Positions 13,966 to 23,767 of a stretch of 28,614 nt of DNA are shown here, piece by piece. How positions within the stretch are numbered: position 1 is the first letter of the stretch; each line of letters begins with the position of its first letter. Both the position numbers and the translations under genes were made by a program. The notes under the pieces are model-generated. The model saw only the letters and a program-made list of their open reading frames with translations, did no database searches and was not told the DNA's origin. Source of the DNA: an uncultured Oscillospiraceae bacterium (GTDB lineage Bacteria > Bacillota > Clostridia > Oscillospirales > Ruminococcaceae). The stretch spans positions 10,059 to 38,672 of the forward strand of contig CAYJGQ010000002.1 in NCBI GenBank assembly GCA_964369885.1. The letters are read 5' to 3'.

Positions 13966-16257
13966 TTATTTTTCGTTGCGGTAGTAGTTGATAAGACAGC
14001 CGTCAAGGATAATTTGACGCTCGTCATCGGTGAGTGCACCAAGTTTTAGGGTGATTTCCTGTCGGCCCTCGCTACCCAGCACATAGGCCGGGATGTTCTC
14101 CCATTTTGCGGCCACAGCTGTGCGGATGTCGGGCACAAACACCCAATCTTCAAGGGAGAATTTAGGCTCGCCCTCGCACAGGAAGGGTAGCATACCCCAG
14201 TTTATAAGGTTTGAGCGGTAACGCTTGGTGGCGTATTCTTCGGCTATGTTGCCCCAACCGCCCAGTACCTTTTGGCAGGAGGCGGCCTGCTCACGAGCCG
14301 AGCCGTCGCCCGGCTTTTTGGCGTAAACCACACTGCCAATACCGCAGTCATCGGTGGTAATCTCCTTGCCGTTTGGCAGTTTTTCAAGGGCAGAGGTTAG
14401 GCTGTCGCGAACCTCTGCATCCGCCTGTGCAAAGGCCTGCAGGATGTTTTGCCTGTCCCCACCGCTAAGGCGTGCCTGTTCAAGGGCGGCCACCTGCTTT
14501 GCACGGCCTACATACTCGGGGTCCTTGCGGGAAAGGGTAAACTCGGCCAACTTGTGTGGGTTGGAGCGGTAGGAGGAGGTTTCACCCGAGGGGATGAGCT
14601 CATCTGTGGTGGTTACGGGATCGGTTATATAGGAAACCACACGAAGCAGCAGATTGTCGGTTAGGGGCTGCATGTCGGGCCAATCGGCTATATTGGGGCC
14701 AAAACGAAGCTCGGAGGAGCTGTCGGGTTTGCCCGAGCCGTGGTAGACCCTGTTTTCGTATATACTGCTGTCGAAGTAATATTTGGGGTTGCTGTAACCG
14801 CCCGACCACTCGGTGGCAGGGGTTAAGAGGCCCTTGTTGGCCGAGGTGGCGGCAATGGAACGTGCATCCATAAGTGCCACCGAGGCAATCTGTCCTCCCG
14901 AGGGTTTACTGCCCTCACGGTTGGGGAAGTTGCGGGTGGAGTGACGAATGGAAAGATCTCCGTTTGCGGGGACATCGCCTGCGCCAAAGCAGGGTCCACA
15001 AAACGCCGTGCGCACGGTGGCACCGGCCGCCATAAGGTCGGAGAGCTTGCCGTTTTTCATAAGCTCCATAAACACAGGTTGGCTGGAGGGGTAGACGCTC
15101 AGGGCAAATTCATCGGCACCAATGCTCTTGCCGCCCAGAATATCACCTGCGGCGCAGATGTTTTCAAATGTGCCACCTGCACATCCTGCAATAACACCCT
15201 GATCTACCCACAGTTTGCCCTCGCGGATTTTGTCGGTCAGGGTAAAGTTTTCAAGCTCAAGCTGGCGGCGTCCCTCTATTTCGACGGCGCGCAGTATGTC
15301 GCCGGGGTTTTTGCACAGCTCGGCAACGGTATAGGTATTGCTGGGGTGGAAGGGCAGAGCTATCATGGGCTCTACCTTATCAAGATCTATCTCGATAACA
15401 CGGTCGTAGTAGGCAAGCGCACCCGGAGCAAGGGGCTTGTAGTCGCCCAAACGCCCATGCAGTGCAAGGTATTCCTCTATAACGCCATCGGTTGCCCAAA
15501 TGGAGGAAAGGCAGGTGGTCTCGGTGGTCATTACATCTATGCCACAGCGGTACTCGGCACTTAGGTTTTTAATGCCACTGCCCACAAACTCAAGCACGCT
15601 GTTTTTTACAAATCCACTCTCAAATGTAGCGCCGATAAGTGCCAGCGCCACGTCCTGTGGGCCAACCCCTGCCCGTGGTGTGCCACTAAGCAGTACAGCC
15701 ACAATTGGGGGCTTTGCAATGTCATAGGTGCGTCCAAGTAGTTGCTTTACAAGTTCGGGTCCGCCCTCGCCTATGGCCATGGTGCCAAGTGCGCCGTAGC
15801 GTGTGTGGCTGTCCGAGCCCAAAATCATACGACCGCAGGCTGCAAAGCACTCCCTCATATATTGATGTATTACAGCCTGATGGGCAGGAACGTAGTCTCC
15901 ACCGTATTTTTTGGCGGCCGAAAGCCCAAACAGATGATCATCCTCATTTATTGTACCACCCACGGCACATAGGCTGTTGTGGCAGTTTGTCAGCACATAT
16001 GGCAGAGGAAACCGCTCAAGTCCGCTGGCCCTTGCGGTTTGAATTATGCCAACGTATGTTATGTCGTGGGAGGCCATGGCATCAAACTTGATTTTTAGGC
16101 CCTCTCCCCCATTTGCGTGATCATGTGCGGCCAGTATTCCCTGCGCTATTGTGGCGTTTTTTGCCTGCTCGGCCTGTGTCGCACTCGGTGCAAAGTCTGC
16201 GGGAAGAAGTTTCTGCCCGTTTTCAATGTAGCGTCCCTCATTATGTAGTGTTATCAT
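13966..16257 (-). CDS. Aconitase-family hydratase (putative aconitate hydratase, ~760-aa clostridial type)
   Basis: Aconitase blocks ILGSDSHTRYG, CGPCFGAG (cluster Cys), SIRHSTRNFPNREG, and swivel-domain GDGSAREQAASCQKVLG ... RYRSNLINWGMLPF. Confidence 0.85.
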   Translation of the reverse strand: MITLHNEGRYIENGQKLLPADFAPSATQAEQAKNATIAQGILAAHDHANGGEGLKIKFDAMASHDITYVGIIQTARASGLERFPLPYVLTNCHNSLCAVGGTINEDDHLFGLSAAKKYGGDYVPAHQAVIHQYMRECFAACGRMILGSDSHTRYGALGTMAIGEGGPELVKQLLGRTYDIAKPPIVAVLLSGTPRAGVGPQDVALALIGATFESGFVKNSVLEFVGSGIKNLSAEYRCGIDVMTTETTCLSSIWATDGVIEEYLALHGRLGDYKPLAPGALAYYDRVIEIDLDKVEPMIALPFHPSNTYTVAELCKNPGDILRAVEIEGRRQLELENFTLTDKIREGKLWVDQGVIAGCAGGTFENICAAGDILGGKSIGADEFALSVYPSSQPVFMELMKNGKLSDLMAAGATVRTAFCGPCFGAGDVPANGDLSIRHSTRNFPNREGSKPSGGQIASVALMDARSIAATSANKGLLTPATEWSGGYSNPKYYFDSSIYENRVYHGSGKPDSSSELRFGPNIADWPDMQPLTDNLLLRVVSYITDPVTTTDELIPSGETSSYRSNPHKLAEFTLSRKDPEYVGRAKQVAALEQARLSGGDRQNILQAFAQADAEVRDSLTSALEKLPNGKEITTDDCGIGSVVYAKKPGDGSAREQAASCQKVLGGWGNIAEEYATKRYRSNLINWGMLPFLCEGEPKFSLEDWVFVPDIRTAVAAKWENIPAYVLGSEGRQEITLKLGALTDDERQIILDGCLINYYRNEK

Positions 16258-16330
16258 AATAAATCAGTCCCTTCGGTGGCTTGTTTTACTATATTTTTGA
16301 AAGTCGTCTGATCTTTTCCTGCATTTTCAT

Positions 16331-16359
16331 AGTTTAGCACATTGTAAAGTATTTTTCAA
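16331..16359 (-). promoter_or_regulatory. Promoter candidate for the aconitase-family gene
   Basis: Minus strand: TTGAAA (16359->16354), a 17-nt spacer ending in TGTGC, then TAAACT (16336->16331). Confidence 0.5.
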
Positions 16360-16473
16360 TTATTCTAAGCAGGAAGCATCCTCCAATTTTTCTAACAATT
16401 CACCCCCACCAATCATACGGGCAGAGGTGGCACTTTATATACAGATATACAGCTGCCACCTACTCCTAAATTT

Positions 16474-17769
16474 TTAGGGCAGTAGCGGATCGTTTACAAA
16501 CTGGTTTGGGTCTACAAAGGTGCCAAACACCGTCATTCCCCAGTGCAGGTGTGGGCCGGTGGTGTAAATACCTGTCGAGCCAACTGTGGCCACCTGATCT
16601 CCCATTGCCACCATTGCCCCCTCCTCGGTGTTAACGCCGTCAAGGTGGTAAAACCATGTTTTAAGGCCATAACCATGCTCTATGCAGACGGTGTAACCCG
16701 TTAGGTCCAGCCAGCGCGCCAACTGCACACGCCCTGCCTGCGGGGCATACACAGGTGTGCCAATTGGTGCGGCCAAATCCACACCGCTATGCTTGGAGGT
16801 CGAACCGTTTATTGTGCGTGTATGGCCGTAATAGCTTGTGATGGTGCGCTCCCCATCAAGTGGTACTACAAACCCATCCTGCCAGTAAATGGTGTCATCA
16901 CCCACTGCCTTTAGCGGATTTGTAACGGCCGAGAACTCGGCATTGGCGGCCGCCGCATCCACCCCGGGGCCTATCTCAACCCAAAACGGTTCATCCACCA
17001 CAAAGCCGCCGTCGGCTATCTCGCACTGCAGTGGGTAGGTCTGCCCCTGGGCCGTCACGGTGATGTTATATGTGCCAACAGCCTTTGAGTAGGGCGCGGC
17101 AATGTAGGCAATCCAGTCCTCGCCCACACGGTAGGGGGTGGGGGTAAAACCAAAATCTGTGGTTATTGTGGGTCTGCTCTGCTCATCAAAACCGCTCATA
17201 CGAAGAAGCGCCGTGCGCCCCTGTGTAAGCCCCGGCCCCTCAAGGGTTACGCTGGGGGCAGGTTTTGGAATATCAAGGCTGAATGTGTAGCGGGCACTGC
17301 CCTCAAACCCCTCGGCGGTGGGGGTATCAAACGAAACTACAAGCTCGGCACTGTATAGGCCATACGGCAGTCTGTCGGCCGCCATAAGCTCCTCATACCC
17401 ACCCTCAAAGGCGGTGGCCTTCTCGGCCGAGGTAAGCTGCAGTGTAACCGCGCCTATGTCAAGCGGCGTGCCCTCAAGGCTTGGCAGGGGTATCCCCTCT
17501 TCGCCCCATGTCACCACCTCGTCCGAGCTATCATCGGGACGCAGTGTCATCTCCCCGAGTGTAAGTACAGGTGGGGTTACGCTATTTGGCTGTGCATTTG
17601 CCGCCTGCGCATCACTTTGGGGGGCTTCCTGCAACGACAGCCGATCCTCCCCCTCGGGCGACTGCGAAATATTGCGCGCAACAAGCACCGCACAAATTAT
17701 AATCACAATGCTTAAAAGGATGAGTATAAGGGTTAATAGTAGGTTTTTAGAGCCTCTGGGATTTTGCAT
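16474..17769 (-). CDS. M23 (LytM-type) metallopeptidase, membrane anchored
   Basis: C-terminal HSGVDLAAPIGTPVYAPQAGRV (HxxxD) and GPHLHWGM (HxH). N-terminal TM anchor LLLTLILILLSIVIIICAVLV. ATG at 17769 has GGAG 7 nt upstream. Confidence 0.8.
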   Translation of the reverse strand: MQNPRGSKNLLLTLILILLSIVIIICAVLVARNISQSPEGEDRLSLQEAPQSDAQAANAQPNSVTPPVLTLGEMTLRPDDSSDEVVTWGEEGIPLPSLEGTPLDIGAVTLQLTSAEKATAFEGGYEELMAADRLPYGLYSAELVVSFDTPTAEGFEGSARYTFSLDIPKPAPSVTLEGPGLTQGRTALLRMSGFDEQSRPTITTDFGFTPTPYRVGEDWIAYIAAPYSKAVGTYNITVTAQGQTYPLQCEIADGGFVVDEPFWVEIGPGVDAAAANAEFSAVTNPLKAVGDDTIYWQDGFVVPLDGERTITSYYGHTRTINGSTSKHSGVDLAAPIGTPVYAPQAGRVQLARWLDLTGYTVCIEHGYGLKTWFYHLDGVNTEEGAMVAMGDQVATVGSTGIYTTGPHLHWGMTVFGTFVDPNQFVNDPLLP

Positions 17770-17882
17770 ATAAAAACTCCATTCTGCAAATATGTGTACC
17801 GCCCTGCACACAGGCTATTTTACTATGTATATCTGTGCATACTGTGTTTTATTGCTCTATTTTCAAACATTATGCTCTGTGC

Positions 17883-19469
17883 CTATTTTGTCCCCATGGT
17901 AAAGTTCACACGCCCGGAATAGGGCGAGTACTCCACCCCACGCACCGAGTCTTGGGTGGCAAAGTAGGTGGTGTTTAGCGAAATGGGTATAACCACGGCA
18001 TCGCCTATTAGTATATCCTCGGCCCGCTCCGACAGCTCTATCATGTCCTCTACACTGCGCGAGAGCGAAAGCTCCCAAATCAGCTCATCGTAGGTCGTAT
18101 TTTGGTAACCCGTCACATTCAGGGCCGAGGCAGACACAAATTGCCCCAAAATTCCGCTTGGGTCGTTTACTGTGGGCACAATATTAACAAGTGCTATGGT
18201 GTAATTAAGGCTTTTAATGCGCTTATCGTACTCCTGCTGTGGCAACATCTCTATGTTTATAAAAAGCGATAAATTTTCCTGCCACATACGCTGTATCACC
18301 GAGGCCATTAGCATCTGATGCGTATCATCCTCCACAATAAGCAGGGTTAGGTTGGACAGGTCGGGGGAGCTTGTAAACCGTGTAAATGCATCCTGATACA
18401 GTGCGTGCCCTGCTTCGGGACTGTAGACAGGGTTAAGGCTATCCCCTGCAAGTTGGTGGTAAAGCTCGCCGTTTGGCAGCTGTGTTGTAGGTGGAATTAT
18501 GCCCACTGCAGGGCCTGTTTGCTCGGCCATCACCTCCCACAACTGCTCACGATCAAGGGTCATCTGAAGCGCCCGCCTTATGTCGCTCTGGGCAAAAAAC
18601 GTGGTGCTTTGGTTAAACGCAATGGCGCAAATGCTGTTGTCAAACGTCTGGTAATTCAGTCCCTTATCAGCGACCTGCTCCACCATTTCGGTCGGCACAA
18701 CCCCTGCATCGGTGTCGCCGTCAAGCAGACGCTGTAGGTGGTTCTCCTGCTCGATAAAAAACACCGCGGCGGCCGGCAAAACCTCGCCGTAGTAGTCGGG
18801 GTTTTTGCTCAATACAATTCGCTGTTCGTTCCATGAAGTTAGCACAAATGGCCCGTTTGACAACAAGGAATTTTGATCAAGGCCATATCGTCCCCTTGTC
18901 TCATCAAAAAATGATTTCTTGCAGGGCAGCGCCGCCGGCATGCTCATGGCCGAAAGAAAAAATGCGTCGGGCTGTTCAAGTCTTATTATCAGGGTTTTGT
19001 CATCGGGGGTACTTATGCCAAGGTAGCCCGCAGAGGCCTCGCCCGAATAGACCTCGGCCGCCCCATCAATGGACAAAAACGAGTCGACATAGGGAGAGAA
19101 TAGCTCCGCACCAAACAACCTGTAAATTGATGTGGCAAAATCATGCGAGGTCACGGCCGTGCCATCCGACCACATAGCATCCTCCCGCAGTTTGAAGGTG
19201 TATACCGTGTCCCCCTCGCTTAGGATTATTTCCTCGGCCAGCGCCGGCACAATGTCGCCCTGTGCCGTCTTGCGCACCAGCCCCTCCATACAGTTTATGA
19301 GTATTGTATGAGCCTCGTCCTGTGTGGCAAACTGCGGGTCCAGGCTGGTTATATTCTCTGTAAAATCATAGTAAAAGGTTTCGTCCTCTCCACCTGCGGT
19401 GCCGCAGGAGCAAAACAAAATAGCAAGGCCTAAAATTAAGGCTGAAACTTTAATCATATTGTGTTTCAT
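17883..19469 (-). CDS. ABC transporter substrate-binding lipoprotein, family 5 (peptide/Opp-Dpp type)
   Basis: Signal plus lipobox-like VSALILGLAILFCSCG. The N-terminal domain FYYDFTENITSLDPQFATQDEAHTILINCMEGLV and the ~530-aa size fit cluster C/family 5 SBPs. The start is uncertain (19469, 19481 or 19505). Confidence 0.8.
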   Translation of the reverse strand: MKHNMIKVSALILGLAILFCSCGTAGGEDETFYYDFTENITSLDPQFATQDEAHTILINCMEGLVRKTAQGDIVPALAEEIILSEGDTVYTFKLREDAMWSDGTAVTSHDFATSIYRLFGAELFSPYVDSFLSIDGAAEVYSGEASAGYLGISTPDDKTLIIRLEQPDAFFLSAMSMPAALPCKKSFFDETRGRYGLDQNSLLSNGPFVLTSWNEQRIVLSKNPDYYGEVLPAAAVFFIEQENHLQRLLDGDTDAGVVPTEMVEQVADKGLNYQTFDNSICAIAFNQSTTFFAQSDIRRALQMTLDREQLWEVMAEQTGPAVGIIPPTTQLPNGELYHQLAGDSLNPVYSPEAGHALYQDAFTRFTSSPDLSNLTLLIVEDDTHQMLMASVIQRMWQENLSLFINIEMLPQQEYDKRIKSLNYTIALVNIVPTVNDPSGILGQFVSASALNVTGYQNTTYDELIWELSLSRSVEDMIELSERAEDILIGDAVVIPISLNTTYFATQDSVRGVEYSPYSGRVNFTMGTK

Positions 19470-19654
19470 ATGTAGGATCATACCTTTCTGCCACAGACAC
19501 AACACACCATAGAAACATGGTCATAATTATGCCATGTTTTTCTCCCATAATCTTAATGTGATGGAAAAAACGGCTTATAAATATAGGTTTTCAGTTTATG
19601 TAAAACTTATTTTCCAAACCCACCCCACCAAATATATATGGGGTAAACTGTGGG

Positions 19655-19712
19655 CAATAATTAAAAATCAGGCGGTCAGCTCTGGGGCAATTACCCCGAG
19701 AAAACCACCTGA
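19655..19712 (-). terminator. Rho-independent terminator downstream of comM
   Basis: Minus sense: ATCAGGTGG ... CCGCCTGAT outer stem (19712->19704 with 19674->19666, one G-U pair) encloses CTCGGGG-TAATT-GCCCCAGAG and is followed by TTTTTAATTATT. Confidence 0.6.
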
Positions 19713-19798
19713 TAATTATATCACGCTAAAATATATGGCGCAACCTGTCAAAATATAGGGAAATTTAGGATTTTTCCACACACAAACCAGGGTGGGTT

Positions 19799-21337
19799 TT
19801 AGCCATTTGTCTGCCAGTACTTTCGGTCAAGACTGCGGTACTGTATTGCCTCGGAGATGTGCTCGCTGTCTATGATGTCACACCCCTCAAGGTCGGCTAT
19901 GGTGCGGGAAAGCTTGAGTATCCTCTCGTAGCTGCGCCCCGACAAGCCCATCCGCTCAAAGGCTGCACGAAGCAGGCCCTGCGCCCCGTCGCTTAGTATG
20001 CAGTGCCTGCGCATAAGGTCGGGGGTAAGCCCTGCATTGCAGCTAACACCACTGCCCCTGTATCTCTCAAGCTGTGCTGCCCTTGTGCGGGCCACCCTCT
20101 GCCGTATGTCGGCCGAGCGCTCCCCCTCCTGCTGTGAGGACATTTCCTCATAGTTCACAGGCACAACCTCCACCTGTATATCCATGCGGTCAAGCATCGG
20201 ACCCGATATCCTGCCAAGATAATTATCCACCTTGTTTTTACTGCAGCTGCACTCCCTTGTTGGGTGGCCGTAATAACCACATGGACAAGGATTCATGGCG
20301 GCCACCAACATGACATCACATGGGTAGCGTACCCGCCCACTCGCTCTTGAAATGGTAAGCTCGCCATCCTCAAGTGGCTGGCGCAGTACCTCGAGGGCCT
20401 TTTTTTCAAACTCGGGGAGCTCGTCCAAAAACAGCACACCGCTGTGGGCCAGCGACACCTCTCCCGGCAGTGGATTGCTTCCCCCACCCGTCAGCCCGGC
20501 AGGCGAAACGGTGTGATGGGGCGATCTAAATGGGCGCACCTGCACCAGTGCCGCATTGTCGGGCAGTATTCCTGCCACCGAGTGTATTCGTGTAAGGGTT
20601 ATGGCCTCCTCAAAGCTCAGGGGTGGCAGTATTGATGGAAGTCGTTTTGCCAACATGCTTTTGCCTGTGCCGGGCGGCCCCACCATCAAAAGATTATGCC
20701 CCCCGGCCGCCGCCACCTCAAGGGCCCGCCTTGCCTGCTCCTGCCCACGTACCTGACTAAAATCCGGCAGGCCGCCCATGGGAACAACTCCGCCACTAAA
20801 CACCACCGCAGGGGCCTTTTGTATGGCCTTTTCCCCCCGCAGGTGGTCAATTATTTCCTGTGCATGGGCAACGGGGTAGACCTCAATTCCCTCCACCGCA
20901 CTGCCTTCTGCCGCGTTTGCGGCCGGCAAAAAAACCTTGCTAAAACCTGCCTGCTTTGCCGCCATAACCATGGATAGCGCCCCCATTACAGGCCGCACCT
21001 CACCCGATAGCGACAGCTCCCCCACCACGGCAATTCCCGACAGGTCTATTTTAAGCCGTCCTCCCAGCTTTATAAGTGCCAACAAAATTGGCAGATCATA
21101 AACCGAGCCCGACTTTTTTATATGTGCAGGGGCAAGGTTTACCACCACCCTGCCGTTTGGAAAATATATGCCCAGATTCTCAAACACCGCCCTTACCCTA
21201 TCACGGGATTCTTTTATGGCGGCGTCGGGCAGGCCTACAATGTCAAAGCTTGCTATTGAGGAGGTAAAGTTGCCCTCAACCTCCACCACAAATCCATCGA
21301 TACCCCGAGTCCCCAACGAATGAAGGGAACAGTACAT
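19799..21337 (-). CDS. comM: YifB/ComM family Mg-chelatase-like AAA+ ATPase
   Basis: 512 aa. Lon-protease-like N-domain (GIDGFVVEVE...), Walker A GPPGTGKSM, Walker B VLFLDELPEF, Zn-ribbon-like CPCGYYGHPTRECSC, and the C-terminal ChlI-type domain. Confidence 0.9.
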   Translation of the reverse strand: MYCSLHSLGTRGIDGFVVEVEGNFTSSIASFDIVGLPDAAIKESRDRVRAVFENLGIYFPNGRVVVNLAPAHIKKSGSVYDLPILLALIKLGGRLKIDLSGIAVVGELSLSGEVRPVMGALSMVMAAKQAGFSKVFLPAANAAEGSAVEGIEVYPVAHAQEIIDHLRGEKAIQKAPAVVFSGGVVPMGGLPDFSQVRGQEQARRALEVAAAGGHNLLMVGPPGTGKSMLAKRLPSILPPLSFEEAITLTRIHSVAGILPDNAALVQVRPFRSPHHTVSPAGLTGGGSNPLPGEVSLAHSGVLFLDELPEFEKKALEVLRQPLEDGELTISRASGRVRYPCDVMLVAAMNPCPCGYYGHPTRECSCSKNKVDNYLGRISGPMLDRMDIQVEVVPVNYEEMSSQQEGERSADIRQRVARTRAAQLERYRGSGVSCNAGLTPDLMRRHCILSDGAQGLLRAAFERMGLSGRSYERILKLSRTIADLEGCDIIDSEHISEAIQYRSLDRKYWQTNG

Positions 21338-21448
21338 AAAAACCCCTCCCCTGTGCAGTTTTGACCTTCTTAGTATACATTATCACAAATTACGCCTATA
21401 AAACAGCACATCCGTACTAAATTTACCTTATAATTTACATTTTTTTCG

Positions 21449-21477
21449 TTGACATTGCCAATTCATAACTGTATTAT
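21449..21477 (+). promoter_or_regulatory. Sigma-A promoter for the phosphohexomutase gene
   Basis: TTGACA (21449-21454), a 17-nt spacer, then TATTAT (21472-21477). Confidence 0.6.
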
Positions 21478-21544
21478 TGTTACATAGCAGTGGGACATGG
21501 GTTATTGTTCCCTGTATTTTTCATGCGGAGGGAGAAAGAAGACG

Positions 21545-23254
21545 ATGACAGAAGCACAACTTTATGGTATTTGGTGCGAAAAAGCCACAGATCCCGCCAT
21601 GCAATCCGAGCTTGAGAGCATATCGGGCAAGGATGAGGAGATATTTGACAGATTTTACACCCCGCTTAGTTTTGGAACGGCCGGCCTACGAGGAATTTTG
21701 GGTGCCGGCACAAATCGTATGAACATTTACACCGTGGGACAGGCCACCCAAGGCATGGCCAATTATGTAAATGCCCACTATGACAACCCATGCGTTGCCG
21801 TGGCCTACGACAGCCGCATAAATTCCGAGCTATTTGCCCGCCATGTTGCCTGCATTTTTGCCGCCAACAATATAAAGGTACATATATATAAGGAGTTAAT
21901 GCCCACCCCAGCCCTTTCCTTTGCGGTTAGGGAGTACGGTTGTGCGGCCGGTGTAAACATTACTGCCAGCCACAACCCCGCACAGTACAACGGCTACAAA
22001 GCCTATGATGACACCGGCTCTCAGCTGGGGCTTGAGGCGGCCGATGAGGTGCTGGGTTACATAGGTTCCATAGATCTATTCTCGGATGTAAAGACGGTGA
22101 ATTTTGATGCCGCCATGGCCGACGGGCGCATAAACTATATACCCGACAGCTTTGTGGATAAGTACATAAACCGTGTGCTTGAGGAGCAGATTAACCCCGG
22201 CATATGTGAGGGGGCGGGCTTCAAGCTGGTGTACAGCCCACTAAACGGTGCCGGCCGACGTTGTGTAACCACCATGCTAAAGGCCATCGGCATGACCGAT
22301 ATCACAATAGTTCCCGAGCAGGAAATGCCCGATGGCAACTTTCCTACCTGCCCATACCCCAACCCCGAAACCCTTGAAGCGCTAAAGTTGGGGCTTGAGC
22401 TTTACGAAAAAATTGATGCCGACCTGCTTTTGGCCACCGACCCCGACTGCGACCGTGTGGCGGCGGCGGTTCGTCAAAACGGCGAGCCCCGAGTTATAAC
22501 CGGCAACGAGATGGGCGTGCTGATGCTGGACTACATAGCCCGCTCCAAGAAGGAAACCGGAAAACTACCCCAAAACGCCGTTACCATCCGCTCGGTGGTG
22601 AGCACCCGACTGGCCGACCGCGTGGCCGAACATTATGGGGTTGAGATGATACCTGTGCTCACCGGCTTTAAGTTTATTGGCGAGCAGATACGCCTGCTTG
22701 AGGAAAAGGACGAGGGTCACCGCTTTATATTTGCCTTTGAGGAGAGCTATGGCTATTTGACGGGCGGATATGTTCGTGATAAGGATGCCGTGGACGGCTC
22801 GCTGATAATATGCGAGATGGCCGCATGGTACAAGCGCCGTGGCAAGACCCTGGCCGATGCCATTGATGACATATATGCCCAGCACGGCCACTACTGCGAC
22901 ATGGTGCGCAGTTACACCTTCAAGGGGGCCGACGGCATGGCCGAAATGGCCTCCATGATGGACCAGCTACGCCAAAGCCCCCCCACCGAGGTGGCAGGCT
23001 ATAAGGTCGAGTATATCACCGACTTTTTGCGCTCGGTCACCATTCGTGATGGGGTGGAAACCCCCATTTGCATAGCTTCCAGCAATGTGTTGGAGTTTGG
23101 CCTTGAGGGCATAGGCCCCGCCATGGTGCGCCCCTCGGGCACCGAGCCCAAGATAAAGCTTTATCTGTCGCTACGTGGACAAAGCAAAAAACAGTCAACC
23201 GAGCTTGCAAACACCATTGCCGCCGCCATGGAGCAAAAAATGGGCGTGGACTAA
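21545..23254 (+). CDS. Alpha-D-phosphohexomutase (phosphoglucomutase/phosphomannomutase, PgcA-like phospho-sugar mutase)
   Basis: Active-site loop ITASHNPAQYNGYK, metal loop ATDPDCDR, sugar loop FAFEESYGY, phosphate loop RPSGTEPKIK. ATG at 21545 with GGAGGGAG upstream. Confidence 0.9.
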   Translation: MTEAQLYGIWCEKATDPAMQSELESISGKDEEIFDRFYTPLSFGTAGLRGILGAGTNRMNIYTVGQATQGMANYVNAHYDNPCVAVAYDSRINSELFARHVACIFAANNIKVHIYKELMPTPALSFAVREYGCAAGVNITASHNPAQYNGYKAYDDTGSQLGLEAADEVLGYIGSIDLFSDVKTVNFDAAMADGRINYIPDSFVDKYINRVLEEQINPGICEGAGFKLVYSPLNGAGRRCVTTMLKAIGMTDITIVPEQEMPDGNFPTCPYPNPETLEALKLGLELYEKIDADLLLATDPDCDRVAAAVRQNGEPRVITGNEMGVLMLDYIARSKKETGKLPQNAVTIRSVVSTRLADRVAEHYGVEMIPVLTGFKFIGEQIRLLEEKDEGHRFIFAFEESYGYLTGGYVRDKDAVDGSLIICEMAAWYKRRGKTLADAIDDIYAQHGHYCDMVRSYTFKGADGMAEMASMMDQLRQSPPTEVAGYKVEYITDFLRSVTIRDGVETPICIASSNVLEFGLEGIGPAMVRPSGTEPKIKLYLSLRGQSKKQSTELANTIAAAMEQKMGVD

Positions 23255-23260
23255 AACTGC

Positions 23261-23300
23261 AAATCCCCCACAGTGGCCCTGCGCTGTGGGGGGATTTTTT
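23261..23300 (+). terminator. Rho-independent terminator
   Basis: AAATCCCCCACAG - loop - CTGTGGGGGGATTT followed by TTTT. Confidence 0.8.
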
Positions 23301-23434
23301 GCCTCTGCCCAACAGCCACCCCGTGGCATACCTTTACAATGGGTAATAAATTGTTCGTGTAGCGTCGGTAGCAGTATAATTTTTAGGCAAATTATCCCAA
23401 AAAACGCCCCGTATTAAAAAAAAGCTCGAAACAC

Positions 23435-23463
23435 TTGAATTTTTTTTTGCTTTGTGCTATCAT
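23435..23463 (+). promoter_or_regulatory. Sigma-A promoter for rpmE
   Basis: TTGAAT (23435-23440), a 17-nt spacer, then TG-C-TATCAT (extended -10, hexamer 23458-23463). Confidence 0.6.
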
Positions 23464-23501
23464 GGGTCAGTAACGATTGGGATACGAAAGAGGTGAATGC
23501 A

Positions 23502-23699
23502 ATGAAAGAAGGAATCCATCCCAACTATGTACCCACAACCATAAAGTGCGCCTGCGGTGAGACCATCGAGACACGTTCCACAAGATCCGACATCCGTGTG
23601 GAAATTTGCTCTAAGTGTCATCCCTTTTTCACAGGTAGACAGAAATTGGTGGATACCGGCGGTCGTGTTGATCGCTTTAACAAGCGTTTTAGTCGCTAA
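23502..23699 (+). CDS. rpmE: 50S ribosomal protein L31, Zn-binding (type A)
   Basis: [26 protein letters not shown]...[32 protein letters not shown] is near-identical in pattern to B. subtilis RpmE, with both Cys pairs present. RBS AAAGAGGTGAA lies upstream. Confidence 0.95.
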   Translation: MKEGIHPNYVPTTIKCACGETIETRSTRSDIRVEICSKCHPFFTGRQKLVDTGGRVDRFNKRFSR

Positions 23700-23727
23700 G
23701 GCTAAACCAAACAACCTTACACAAAAA

Positions 23728-23750
23728 GGCCGATGCATTGCGCATCGGCC
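23728..23750. terminator. Shared hairpin terminator between convergent rpmE and the small ORF
   Basis: GGCCGATGC-ATTGC-GCATCGGCC. The minus-strand side has the better U tract (TTTTTGTGT); the plus-strand side is followed by CTATTGTTAT. Confidence 0.65.
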
Positions 23751-23767
23751 CTATTGTTATGCATAAC

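Noticed and set aside
14941-15564. 207-aa plus-strand ORF inside the aconitase-family gene (similar ones at 15705-16091 and 17318-17773)
   Set aside because: It is antisense to well-supported CDSs and has no independent signals.
16425-16461. Hairpin AGGTGGCA...TGCCACCT, with a tandem ATATACAG ATATACAG in its loop, just downstream of the M23 gene, considered as a terminator or repeat element
   Set aside because: No U tract follows on the minus strand, and the 8-mer duplication is too short to mean anything. It might still stabilise the 3' end, but I cannot support a feature call.
19799-21337. ComM (a transformation-associated helicase family) as evidence that the pilus is a competence pilus
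   Set aside because: comM/yifB is near-universal. It lies ~11 kb away, separated by unrelated genes and several terminators, so there is no operonic or sequence link.
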